NCBI GenBank assembly: GCA_964612745.1
Contig: CAZTCH010000002.1
Location: 1,009-65,008 of the forward strand
Origin: an uncultured Candidatus Saccharibacteria bacterium
GTDB taxonomy: Bacteria > Patescibacteriota > Doudnabacteria > UBA920
Direction of reading: 5' to 3'
DNA length: 64,000 nt
Of the stretch, positions 19,127-28,276 are shown piece by piece. Made by a program: the position numbers and the translations under genes. The notes beneath the pieces were generated by a model that saw only the letters and a list, made by a program, of their open reading frames with translations, did not search any database and was not told the origin of the DNA. Every line of letters begins with the position of its first letter. The stretch's first letter is position 1.

Positions 19127-19254
19127 ACAGTAACCATACCAAAAAATCGCCAGCCAAGCGATTCTATACAAAAAAACTACCAAATCTCAGTAATTTGATT
19201 GGTTACGAAGGTGACCATCGTAACGAGGGTTGGATTTTTTTATTCATACTTTTT

Positions 19255-19328
19255 TGGCTGGGGTACTAGGATTCGAACCTAGGATGACGGGACCAGAACC
19301 CGTTGCCTTACCGCTTGGCTATACCCCA
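19255..19328 (-). tRNA. tRNA-Gln (anticodon CTG), encoded CCA
   Basis: TGGGGTA/TACCCCA acceptor stem, anticodon arm ACGGG-TTCTGGT-CCCGT, GGTTCGAATCC T-arm, 3' GCCA. Confidence 0.97.
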
Positions 19329-19354
19329 TTGTTACCACAGGTATGACACTTACG

Positions 19355-19509
19355 TGCCTTATCCCGACTCCGAGTCGGGACCATACCCACTGCACAAAAA
19401 CATGTGCGGGAACCCCAGCCAAAAAAATACGAATGTCTATATTTTGTTATGAAAGAAGTGCTGCATGTCCGTTGCCTTATCCCGACTCGGAGTCGGGACT
19501 GTACCCCAT
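19355..19509 (-). repeat. Two degenerate copies of the tRNA-Gln 5' segment with a palindrome in place of the D-loop region
   Basis: 19355-19389 and 19469-19509: TGCCTTA-TCCCGACTC(C/G)GAGTCGGGA-C(C/T)(A/G)TACCC. Confidence 0.75.
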
Positions 19510-19617
19510 CCAACTATAAAAAATTCGAAAGTATTTATAGGAAAAGTACCGGAAATTGCTAAAGTATTATACAATACATAGGTTAAATTGCAACTAAATT
19601 AAATTAGCTAGAAACCC

Positions 19618-20067
19618 ATGCAAAACGAACCTCAGACAGCCCAAAACTACCAAAACCACAGAAAATTTGTAGTTGCCTTCCACGCGGTGGTGTCCACCCT
19701 GCTTGTACTTGGCCTTATTTTCTCCATTGTCGCTCTTGTAAAAGCTTTTGGAGACGCAGGTATTCCTTGGACAGAACTTGCCCTTGTCGCCCTTGCGTTG
19801 GGTAGCAGCATTCTTATGTGGTACGCTCGTGCCTTCCCTGTTGGCGTACAAGACCGCGTCATTCGCCTAGAAGAGTCGTTACGCGCCCAAACACTAACCG
19901 GCAAACCACTCGACCCTGCTCTGACCATGTCGCAAGTAATTGCACTGCGCTTTGCATCTGACGAAGAATACGCAGCTCTTGTTACCCGCGCAGTTGCAGA
20001 AAAGCTAACCAACGACCAAATAAAGCAAGCTGTTAAGAACTGGCGCGCCGACAACGCCCGTATTTAA
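19618..20067 (+). CDS. DUF6526-like membrane protein
   Basis: QNYQNH, QDRVIRLEE, QVIALRFASDEE, NWRAD. Confidence 0.75.
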   Translation: MQNEPQTAQNYQNHRKFVVAFHAVVSTLLVLGLIFSIVALVKAFGDAGIPWTELALVALALGSSILMWYARAFPVGVQDRVIRLEESLRAQTLTGKPLDPALTMSQVIALRFASDEEYAALVTRAVAEKLTNDQIKQAVKNWRADNARI

Positions 20068-20100
20068 ATTTGCCGAACACTTTTTTGTCATACTAAACCT

Positions 20101-20535
20101 ATGCCACAAGAAATTATAGATTACCTTGCCACACAACGAGTAGGAGTACTTGCAGTAGAAATGCCGGACGGGTCACCACACGGAGCAACTCTGCATTTTG
20201 CTACTAACACAGAAGCAAATGAGTTCTATTTTCGCACCTCCCCTGCTTACAAAAAAATGGAATCGCTTGCAGAGCGCACAACTACACGCGCATCGTTTGT
20301 TGTTGGCACCACAGAAGCAGAAATGAAAACCTTTCAGCTTGATGGCGTGCTTAGAAAAATTACAGCAGAAGAACAAGCAGCATTTGAGGCAGCTTATCTC
20401 GGCAAGCTCACCGAAAAAAAGGGTAAATCTTCGGACGGTGTGGGATTAGTTTTTACCCCCACATGGTGGCGCTTTACCGACTGGACCAAACCAGAAGGAA
20501 AATTCGTTCTGAGTTCGGAGACCACGAGCAATTAG
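20101..20535 (+). CDS. Pyridoxamine 5'-phosphate oxidase family (split-barrel) protein
   Basis: VGVLAV..DGSPHGA.LHF..FYFRT...KK; TFQLDG. Confidence 0.75.
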   Translation: MPQEIIDYLATQRVGVLAVEMPDGSPHGATLHFATNTEANEFYFRTSPAYKKMESLAERTTTRASFVVGTTEAEMKTFQLDGVLRKITAEEQAAFEAAYLGKLTEKKGKSSDGVGLVFTPTWWRFTDWTKPEGKFVLSSETTSN

Positions 20536-20584
20536 ATTCTTTAAGCACCTCTTCGCAACTCAATATTATACTAACCATACCCAT

Positions 20585-21172
20585 ATGAGCACTGAACGTG
20601 GCTGGCAAAACTACTACGAACAAACTAAAGACAATCCACCAAGTGTGCTATTAGCAGAAGCTCTTTCTCTTTGCCCACAAAAATCATCGGCTTTAGATTT
20701 GGGGGCTGGCGCATTGAAGGATTCAAAATATTTACTCAGCCAAGGGTTTGAACACGTCACAGCCGTAGACAGCTCACAGGCACCGGAACAACTAATCGAA
20801 GGACTGTCAAAAGATAAATTCGAATACGTCATCGTCCCTTTTGACGAGTTCTCGTTTCCAGAAAATGAGTACGACTTAGTCAGCGCACAATTTTCCCTCC
20901 CGTTTAACCCACCAGCAAGTTTCGATGCAGTATTTGCAAGCATTAAAAACTCACTCAAACAAGGTGGCGTTTTTACAGGACAACTATTTGGAGAAGAAGA
21001 TGAGTGGAACACGCCCGAAACTAAACTTACTTTCCACAGCAAAAACAGAGTAGAACAGCTGCTTTCTGGTATGGATATTAGCAAGCTCGAAGAAACAATC
21101 AGAGACGGTACACTCGCGAACGGACAAGCAAAGCATTGGCATTTGTTTAACATTATTGCGCGAAAAAAATAG
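20585..21172 (+). CDS. Class I SAM-dependent methyltransferase
   Basis: ALDLGAG, VTAVDSS, SLKQGGVFTGQLFG, KHWH. Confidence 0.85.
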   Translation: MSTERGWQNYYEQTKDNPPSVLLAEALSLCPQKSSALDLGAGALKDSKYLLSQGFEHVTAVDSSQAPEQLIEGLSKDKFEYVIVPFDEFSFPENEYDLVSAQFSLPFNPPASFDAVFASIKNSLKQGGVFTGQLFGEEDEWNTPETKLTFHSKNRVEQLLSGMDISKLEETIRDGTLANGQAKHWHLFNIIARKK

Positions 21173-21662
21173 ATTGGTCACCACAGCCACAAACACACTT
21201 GTTGTGAAGACTACCAGAAATGGCAAAGGTATTTTTACTGCGCGCAAGTTTAGTGCGGGGCAAACACTGTACGAAGTCACTGGCAAACGGTTTCACTACA
21301 CTACGTTACTTACCCACGGTGGCACGTTTCTGGACAACTGCTTCCGGCTTTCTGAAAACTACTACCAAAGCCCAGAAGGACAGATTGGTGTGTACCAAAA
21401 CCATTCGTGCACACCGAACGCACGTGTGGTCAAACAACACGGCAAACTGTTGGTGGTAGCAGTGGAAGATATTGAGAAAAACACAGAGGTACTTATTGAC
21501 TACTCCACCATTACGGCAAGTGACGACATTTGGACCATGCGCTGTAACTGCGGAGCAAAAGGTTGCAGAAAAGTGGTACGGAACTGGACCAAGCTTCCCC
21601 GCGCGACAAAAGAGTACTACATAAAATCACAAATTTTGCCTCGCTACATTCAGAAGTTGTAA
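21156..21662 (+). CDS. SET domain protein with post-SET cysteines
   Basis: GKGIF, NHSCTPNA, EVLIDY, CNCGAKGCR; start uncertain. Confidence 0.9.
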   Translation: MREKNRLVTTATNTLVVKTTRNGKGIFTARKFSAGQTLYEVTGKRFHYTTLLTHGGTFLDNCFRLSENYYQSPEGQIGVYQNHSCTPNARVVKQHGKLLVVAVEDIEKNTEVLIDYSTITASDDIWTMRCNCGAKGCRKVVRNWTKLPRATKEYYIKSQILPRYIQKL

Positions 21663-21808
21663 AAGTAACTCAAAAGTCAAAGAGAACAATTTAACTCCCC
21701 TAACCCCTCTTTGGAAAAGAGGGGGAACAGATGGTGCCCATCTTCTGCTCAAAAATGACATACATTTACTAGAGTGATATACTAAATATGTAGATATTGC
21801 ATACGAAC

Positions 21809-22063
21809 ATGAGTGACACAAATTTTCAACCAATCTTTGAGTACCTAGACGAACGATTTTCTAAACTAGAAGATCGCCTTGGCTCTATAGAAGAAAAAAT
21901 TGGCACGCTACAAACATCGACCGATGGTCTCACCAAAATCGTCAAAGACTATCAAGATGAGCATATTATTTTAAGATGCAGAGTAGAACTATTGGAAGCA
22001 TGGGCGAAAACTGTTTCCGCAAAAGTGGGAATCCCACTACCTCAAGGGTTACTTTCTGATTAA
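21809..22063 (+). CDS. Small coiled-coil hypothetical protein
   Basis: Heptad-rich 84-aa ORF. Confidence 0.7.
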   Translation: MSDTNFQPIFEYLDERFSKLEDRLGSIEEKIGTLQTSTDGLTKIVKDYQDEHIILRCRVELLEAWAKTVSAKVGIPLPQGLLSD

Positions 22064-22291
22064 AAATCCATTAACTACATATCTTGCAGATACTAAAGAC
22101 AAAGATAGCCTTTGTCTTTTTCTTTTTGAAAGACAAGAACAGATGGGTGCCATCAAGAGAAACTCCAAATCCCAAGCACCAAATATCAAATAAATTACAA
22201 TCCGCCAGCTGGCGGACAAAATTCAAATCAAAACTGTAAACTGAAATGCAATTTAGTTATGAGTTTATAGTTGCAGTTTTGCGTTCCTGTC

Positions 22292-22392
22292 GTTAGATGG
22301 GCACCATCTGACACCATGCTCGTAGTTATGGTTTGAGGGCGCATCGACACAAATAAGTATAAAACTTACCTGTCAGATGGTGCCCATCTAAC
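22292..22392. repeat. REPIN-like inverted pair of 21-bp palindromes (variant C site)
   Basis: GTTAGATGGGCACCATCTGAC at 22292-22312, its reverse complement at 22372-22392; partial copies near 21729 and 22141. Confidence 0.8.
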
Positions 22393-22524
22393 TCTACCGT
22401 TTTTCTTGCGTGAAGACCTTAAGACATGACGGCGTTCGACTCGTACTCGGTTGCTGTTGATAAATCCCGCTTGACTAACAGTTTTTTTCCTGTAATGGTA
22501 CAGGTAGTATTAACAAAAATGCAT

Positions 22525-23247
22525 ATGCAGCCAAACAGTCAAAAGAGTTCGGGAGGATTTTTTCAGGACAACAAGAACGCCCTTATTGTTGCCGCAATAG
22601 TCGTTATTATTATTGCTGTCTACTTTGTGACACGGGACACCGCCAAAGTAGGCGTGCAAGACCAAAAAGAGAACACAGAAACCAGCGAAAGCATGGAAGT
22701 TGACGGAGACAAGATGGCAGATGACGCCAAAATGGAAGGCTCGGACACAGCTAAGCAACCAAAGCCAGAAAGCGACACAACAAGCCAGACTGGTGACGCA
22801 GTTACCTTTACCGGTACCCTTATGGCCTCTACCAACCCAGCCAAAGGTAACTATGTCGTAGACAGCAATCGTGGCATGGTGTACATCCAAAGCAGCCGTG
22901 ACATGAGCGCGCTAGTAGGCAAAGCAGTAAAAGGCACTGCCACTGGTAGCATTACCAACTTTAGCAATGTCATGCTAACCCCAGCAGACGCCGCTCCAGA
23001 CGCCATGCAAGACAAAGGTGGTTCTGCAGAAATGCCAGACATGACCGCTAAGCCAGAAGTCACTTTTAGCGGTATCTTGCAAGAAAGTGCAGACAAGAGC
23101 AAAGGCGCATACAGCATTACCTCTGGTAAAACAGTGGTATATGTCATGACTAGCAAAAACCATGCAGATCACGTGGGCAAAGAAGTCACTTTGACCGCAC
23201 AAGGCACCTTACAAGCATTCCACCACGCAATGATCGCTGCAAAGTAA
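22525..23247 (+). CDS. Membrane-anchored surface protein with two internal repeats
   Basis: One TM; VTFTGTL..S....KGNY and VTFSGIL..S....KGAY duplicated domains. Confidence 0.75.
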   Translation: MQPNSQKSSGGFFQDNKNALIVAAIVVIIIAVYFVTRDTAKVGVQDQKENTETSESMEVDGDKMADDAKMEGSDTAKQPKPESDTTSQTGDAVTFTGTLMASTNPAKGNYVVDSNRGMVYIQSSRDMSALVGKAVKGTATGSITNFSNVMLTPADAAPDAMQDKGGSAEMPDMTAKPEVTFSGILQESADKSKGAYSITSGKTVVYVMTSKNHADHVGKEVTLTAQGTLQAFHHAMIAAK

Positions 23248-23264
23248 GATGTATCGTTACGCAC

Positions 23265-23293
23265 AAACCACTCTCATCCGAGGGTGGTTTTTT
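23265..23293 (+). terminator. Intrinsic terminator
   Basis: AAACCACTCTC...GAGGGTGGTTT followed by a T run. Confidence 0.75.
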
Positions 23294-23342
23294 CTATATC
23301 ACACCATGTTACACTACCAATAGATACTAACACTACAAAACA

Positions 23343-23915
23343 ATGCGCACACAACCCACAGAAACATACGTTGTGATCGTCGTTCCCCCAAAACACATAC
23401 AAACGCTGGTGCACGATTTTCGCAACCATTTTAAAGACACAAGCGAGTACAAACTACCGCCGCACATTACACTGCTCCCGCCTTTCCAACTTGCTCCCAC
23501 GCATGGCAAAGAGTTAATTGGCGTCATTCGGAGCATTGCGGCAGCCACCTCCCCAATGGACGCGTTACTGACACACACCGGAGTGTTCGAAAACAGACCC
23601 CCTGTGTGGTTCTGTGGGTTTTCACCCAGCACCACCCGCTCGCTTCGGTCGCTCCACAAAAAACTACTCAAAGCTATAGTTGCACTACACAGCGAACACA
23701 CACTGGCATACAAAACTGGTCCCAAACACAACGTGTTCAACCCCCACATGACCTTGATAGAAAAAGTGCCCAAAGCGAACAAAAAAAGCATCGCCGCACT
23801 TATTGAACCGCTTATACACCCCTTTAGCTTTGCAGTAGGCAGCATTGAGCTGTACAAGCGCCAGAGCGACGACAAAACCTACACACGGGTACAAAAATTC
23901 ACTTTGCGTGGTTAA
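23343..23915 (+). CDS. 2H phosphoesterase / 2'-5' RNA ligase family
   Basis: PHITL and PHMTL motifs. Confidence 0.85.
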   Translation: MRTQPTETYVVIVVPPKHIQTLVHDFRNHFKDTSEYKLPPHITLLPPFQLAPTHGKELIGVIRSIAAATSPMDALLTHTGVFENRPPVWFCGFSPSTTRSLRSLHKKLLKAIVALHSEHTLAYKTGPKHNVFNPHMTLIEKVPKANKKSIAALIEPLIHPFSFAVGSIELYKRQSDDKTYTRVQKFTLRG

Positions 23916-23979
23916 ATAGCTCTGTTTGCCATTCGCCCAAATCCTGCTATAGTAAGAAAAATTAAGTATTCAGACATTC

Positions 23980-24624
23980 ATGAACAAACGAAACACCCTT
24001 TTGGGTACTTGGGTTGTGCTTGCCGCAATCTTTACCACAGTTATCGGCCTCGTCTACGTTGCAACCCAACAAACATACAGACAAACTGCCAATGACCCAC
24101 AAATCGAAATAACCGAAGAAATTTCTGCTGCTATTGCCAAAGGCGCACCTGCGGACCAACTTATCCCCTCTGCTGGCGGCACAGACATCAAAACCAGCCT
24201 TTCTGCCTTTGCCATGATTTTTGACAAAGACAGCAAAGTGCTTGGCTCCTCTGCCAAACTGAACGACTCTGACCCAATTCCTCCAAAAGCAGTGTTCGAA
24301 GCTGCTGCAAAAAATGGTCGCACCATGATAACGTGGGAACCAGAAAAAGGTACTCGTGTTGCAGCAGTCATTACCAGCGTAAAAAGCGGTGAAGACACTG
24401 TCTACGTCCTTGCAGGAAAGAACATCCGTGAAGTAGAAAAGCGCACTGTTGGTTTGCTCTACGCAGTTATTACCGCATGGGTAATCTCCCTTCTGCTTTC
24501 TTGGCTGTTGGTACGCGCTATCGACACCCTTGCCAAGTTTTATGCTGGTGCTCCAAGCATCGAGCAAACGGAAGTAGTCATAATCGAAGAAACAACCACT
24601 CCACCACAAGAACCACTGCTGTAA
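23980..24624 (+). CDS. Two-TM protein with an extracytoplasmic sensor-like domain and no kinase domain
   Basis: TM - QQTYRQTANDPQ..ITWEP..G.RVAAVI - TM. Confidence 0.7.
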   Translation: MNKRNTLLGTWVVLAAIFTTVIGLVYVATQQTYRQTANDPQIEITEEISAAIAKGAPADQLIPSAGGTDIKTSLSAFAMIFDKDSKVLGSSAKLNDSDPIPPKAVFEAAAKNGRTMITWEPEKGTRVAAVITSVKSGEDTVYVLAGKNIREVEKRTVGLLYAVITAWVISLLLSWLLVRAIDTLAKFYAGAPSIEQTEVVIIEETTTPPQEPLL

Positions 24625-24642
24625 TTTTCTGACTTACACAAC

Positions 24643-24669
24643 AAACACCGCCTTCGGGCGGTGTTTTTG
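24643..24669 (+). terminator. Intrinsic terminator
   Basis: AAACACCGCC-TTCG-GGCGGTGTTTTT. Confidence 0.85.
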
Positions 24670-24709
24670 CATGAAGACTGCTATACTATAGGTATAAGGA
24701 GCTACAGAA

Positions 24710-25615
24710 ATGAAAAATGAAAAACCGATAAAAAGAATAGACGTGGTCGCACCAGCTACTGCAGCCAAAAAGAGTGGCAAACCACAAGTAAAAATAACAA
24801 AACGACACTTAAAGAAGCTTATGGGCGGGCAAGATAACTTGTTTTCCCCGAGCCGTATTTGGCGTATTGTATCCGAGTTTGCAGACGGATTCCGCTTTAT
24901 TGCCCAGTTCGAACATGCAGTGAGCTTTTTTGGTTCTGCTCGCTGGGGTGCAGAACACGATGTGTATCGCGATGCACAAAAGCTGGGGTACCTCCTTGCC
25001 AAAGACGGCTTTGCGGTTGTGACTGGCGGGGGCCCTGGCATTATGGAAGCTGCCAACCAAGGCGCGCGCGAAGCAGGTGGAAAATCTGTTGGGCTCAACA
25101 TTCAACTCCCTTTGGAGCAACGGGTAAACCGCTACGTTACCGAAAGCGAGTCGTTCCACTACTTCTTTACTCGCAAAGTCATGTTGGCTTCTGTGTCGCA
25201 GATATACATTTTCTTCCCTGGGGGCTTTGGCACACTCGACGAACTCTTTGAAATCCTCACACTTATCCAAACCCGCAAAATTACTGGCGCGTACGTTATT
25301 TTGGTAGACAAAGACTTTTGGGCCCCGCTACTGAAGTGGATAGACACCACTGTCTTAAAAGAACACGGCGGTATCTCCCCTGAAGATACGAAGCTCTACT
25401 ACTTAGTCGAACATGCAGAAGCAGCGCATAACTACATTCAAAAACTTATTTTAAATGGAGCATTCCAGTCCGAACGAGCAGTACACCTCGAGCACAACCC
25501 TATTGGCGTGCAAATGGCAGACTCGGCTCCTGGCTATCTCAAGCCGCTCCAAGCTACTAGCTTTGTGAAAAAACCTCGTACCAGAACCACCAGCGTTAAA
25601 AAGAAAACTGACTAA
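24710..25615 (+). CDS. LOG family (TIGR00730-type) Rossmann-fold protein
   Basis: [26 protein letters not shown]. Confidence 0.9.
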   Translation: MKNEKPIKRIDVVAPATAAKKSGKPQVKITKRHLKKLMGGQDNLFSPSRIWRIVSEFADGFRFIAQFEHAVSFFGSARWGAEHDVYRDAQKLGYLLAKDGFAVVTGGGPGIMEAANQGAREAGGKSVGLNIQLPLEQRVNRYVTESESFHYFFTRKVMLASVSQIYIFFPGGFGTLDELFEILTLIQTRKITGAYVILVDKDFWAPLLKWIDTTVLKEHGGISPEDTKLYYLVEHAEAAHNYIQKLILNGAFQSERAVHLEHNPIGVQMADSAPGYLKPLQATSFVKKPRTRTTSVKKKTD

Positions 25616-25618
25616 GTC

Positions 25619-25834
25619 ATGAAAATCAAAGAACATTACTCCCGCTCGGTAGTAAAAGCCATTACCTACCGAGCAATCATACTGTTTACCGATAGTTTAA
25701 TTATCTTTTTTGCCACCAAGCAGTACGACACCACGCTAAAAGTTATTGCGTGGTCCAACCTTGCCAGTACTGTGCTCTATTTTTGCCACGAGCGCCTCTG
25801 GGATAACATTCAGTGGGGGAAGAGAAAAGCGTAG
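25619..25834 (+). CDS. DUF2061 family membrane protein
   Basis: RSVVKAITYR...LYFCHERLWDNIQWG. Confidence 0.85.
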   Translation: MKIKEHYSRSVVKAITYRAIILFTDSLIIFFATKQYDTTLKVIAWSNLASTVLYFCHERLWDNIQWGKRKA

Positions 25835-25857
25835 ACCACTGAAAAGAAGCAGTACAG

Positions 25858-25988
25858 AAATAACAAACTACAAAAATCAAAACTCAAACAAGTTCCAATA
25901 CACAATGTCCAAAATAAGAAAGTGTATTTGTTTGGGATTTTGAATATTGTAATTTATTTGTTATTTCGTGCTTGTGATTTGGAATTTC
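25858..25988. repeat. ~130-bp dispersed intergenic element; inverted copy at 55343-55476
   Basis: Reverse-complement match including GAAATTCCAAATCACAAGCACGAAATA and ATACACTTTCTTATTTTGGACATTG. Confidence 0.85.
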
Positions 25989-26028
25989 TTTTACTGACTC
26001 CTAACTCCTAATTCCTAATTCCTAGCTT

Positions 26029-27777
26029 CTACTTGGTCCTTGTCGGTGGCACATTTAAGTACGACAGGATAAACTCTGCCAGCTGCCCCCACGCTGGAGC
26101 TGCGGTACTTTCTGCGAACTGCACCGTGCGCGGGTGGTTTACCCGAACGAGCATCACAAATTTCGGGTCTTCTACCGGGGCGTATCCCACAAATGTTCCA
26201 ATGTTATTGTCTGGGTCATATCCCCCACCTTCTTTTTTCGCAACTTGCGCTGTTCCAGTTTTTCCCGCGACATAATACCCTTTTACCCCTGCTCGCTTGC
26301 CATGTCCGCGTTCAACCACGCCTACCAACATAGCAGACACTGCAGCAGCAGTTTGCGGCTTCACAATCTGCGCAGATTCAGGCAAAACAGTTGGCACAGT
26401 CTCCCCTTCTGGGGTGATTTGCGATGCCACCACATGTGGCGTTGGCATTTTCCCGCCGTTTGCCAGTGCAGCATACGCCCGCACCATTTGCAGCGGGGTT
26501 ACTGAAATACCCTGCCCGAAACTAGCAGTATGGTAGTTCACCGTAATATTCCCTTTTAGGTTAGACAAACTCCCCGCAACTTCTGGCAAATCCACACCAG
26601 TCAGTTCGCCAAAACCAAATTTTTTCGTATACTTTAGAAAATCTGCATTACCAACTTTATTTTTCACAAAAATCATCCCTGTGTTCAAAGACTCTTCCAA
26701 GACTTGGGACATAGTCTGCACACCGTGCGCTTTGTTGTCTGAGTTGCGAATAGTGTACCCATCCACTTCCACTGACCCCGTGTCGGTAAATGTCGTATCT
26801 GGCCCAACTACCCCTTCGTCCACACCCGCAGCCATGGTAACCGCTTTGAACACTGACCCTGGTTCGTAGCCCGCCGTAGTGCACTGACTATTGAACACAG
26901 ACTGGTCAGTTACTTTGTTGTACTGGTTTGGGTCGTAGCTCGGGTTACTCGCCATGGCTAAAATAGCCCCTGTCTTTGGGTCCATAACAATCGCACAGCC
27001 GCTGTCTGCTAAGTTGTCGGTTACTGCTTTTGCCAACACCCGCTCAGCTTGCATTTGTATACTGCGGTCAATGGTGAGGAGTAATTGGTTGCCATTGCGC
27101 GCTGGAGCAAACTCGGTGCCAGAACCAAACAACCAACGTCGGGCAATCGAAGTATCTGCCCGCGCCGCCCCAGACACCCCAGCTAAAGTAGTATCATATT
27201 CCCGTTCCAACCCGTAGACCCCCACTTTTTGTGACCCCGAATCTTCACGGTACCCCAAAAACCCGACAATATGGCTCAAGAACTCATGCTCAGGATAGAA
27301 CCGAACTACTTCTGTGTCGAACCGCACCCCCGTCAGTTGTAGCGCTTCCACCGCTGCACGCTCAGCCACGGTAATATTTCGTTTGAGTGGTACGTAGACT
27401 TTGTCTTGGTTGTTACGAATGCGTCCTTCGACATCCGCCTCCACGAGCCCTAAGGCTTGTGCCAATACCCGCGCAGCCACCGCTGGTTGTGCAATCTCTT
27501 TCGGTACGACATATACCAGTGGCGCTTCGACATTGGTTGCCACTGGCACGGCTTCTGGACTTAACTGATCAAATATTTTAATATCGCCCCGCGCTGGAGC
27601 AAGCTTCGCAAAAAAGGCGTGCTGGTCTTCCGCAACACCACGGTAGTACGAACTAGAAGACACCTGCAGCACCGACAAACGAAACACAAGCATTGCGAAC
27701 AGAACAAAAAAGAGCCCGCCCAATAGACGCACCCTCCCCACATAGAGACTTGGTTTTACTTCGTGCTTTCCAGACAT
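26029..27777 (-). CDS. ftsI: Class B penicillin-binding protein (FtsI-like)
   Basis: EPGSVFK, SLN, KTGT motifs; position after mraZ-rsmH. Confidence 0.88.
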   Translation of the reverse strand: MSGKHEVKPSLYVGRVRLLGGLFFVLFAMLVFRLSVLQVSSSSYYRGVAEDQHAFFAKLAPARGDIKIFDQLSPEAVPVATNVEAPLVYVVPKEIAQPAVAARVLAQALGLVEADVEGRIRNNQDKVYVPLKRNITVAERAAVEALQLTGVRFDTEVVRFYPEHEFLSHIVGFLGYREDSGSQKVGVYGLEREYDTTLAGVSGAARADTSIARRWLFGSGTEFAPARNGNQLLLTIDRSIQMQAERVLAKAVTDNLADSGCAIVMDPKTGAILAMASNPSYDPNQYNKVTDQSVFNSQCTTAGYEPGSVFKAVTMAAGVDEGVVGPDTTFTDTGSVEVDGYTIRNSDNKAHGVQTMSQVLEESLNTGMIFVKNKVGNADFLKYTKKFGFGELTGVDLPEVAGSLSNLKGNITVNYHTASFGQGISVTPLQMVRAYAALANGGKMPTPHVVASQITPEGETVPTVLPESAQIVKPQTAAAVSAMLVGVVERGHGKRAGVKGYYVAGKTGTAQVAKKEGGGYDPDNNIGTFVGYAPVEDPKFVMLVRVNHPRTVQFAESTAAPAWGQLAEFILSYLNVPPTRTK

Positions 27778-27781
27778 ACTT

Positions 27782-28234
27782 TTAGCGCATACTTACTGTT
27801 TCTACTTTGGCACTCTTTATAAACTCTGGTGTTCCCACCGGTACAAACCCTTCTGCACCAGCTGCAATCCCGCGCATACGCACGCCTGCAGTAACCTCTG
27901 CAATTTGCACTTGCAACTGACGCTGCGCAGACTTTTGCTTTTCTAGCTCATTTTGCTGTTGTCGCAACGAAAACGCAGACCCTTCTAACCCATTCACCGA
28001 AAACAAATACAACCCAAACAGCACCACGTTGGAAATAGCGAGTGCTACCACAAACATGCGAGCGTAGAGTGGGCCGAATCTGTTGACTGTCGGAGCAACT
28101 GCTTTGGCGCTTGTGCGCACCGGAACTACCACAGAACGAGAAGTACGAGTGGTGCTGGCAAGGTCTTTTGTAATTTCAAAGGAAGGTAGTTGGACACCGA
28201 CGGTACTGGAACTAATTGTTGGGGCTAGTGACAT
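27782..28234 (-). CDS. FtsL-like bitopic coiled-coil protein
   Basis: TM plus coiled coil between rsmH and ftsI (synteny inference). Confidence 0.6.
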   Translation of the reverse strand: MSLAPTISSSTVGVQLPSFEITKDLASTTRTSRSVVVPVRTSAKAVAPTVNRFGPLYARMFVVALAISNVVLFGLYLFSVNGLEGSAFSLRQQQNELEKQKSAQRQLQVQIAEVTAGVRMRGIAAGAEGFVPVGTPEFIKSAKVETVSMR

Positions 28235-28276
28235 ACGTTTGAAGGTTTTGATTTTACGAGTTGCTTTTGAACTGCT

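Larger units (their letters stand above)
8926..19224. repeat. Array of 11 same-orientation 23-bp quasi-palindromic sites separating genes (candidate cassette array)
   Basis: Consensus GTTACGAAGGTGACCATGGTAAC starting at 8926, 11743, 12462, 13380, 14046, 15616, 16225, 17084, 17517, 18200, 19202. Confidence 0.95.

Noticed and set aside
8926-19224. CRISPR array or classical integron interpretation of the 23-bp repeats
   Set aside because: Intervals are gene-sized and variable, there is no cas operon or intI in the window, and the site lacks attC length and box order
26832-26841. CCATGGTAAC half-match to the array site
   Set aside because: Lies inside the ftsI coding sequence with no left arm; likely chance
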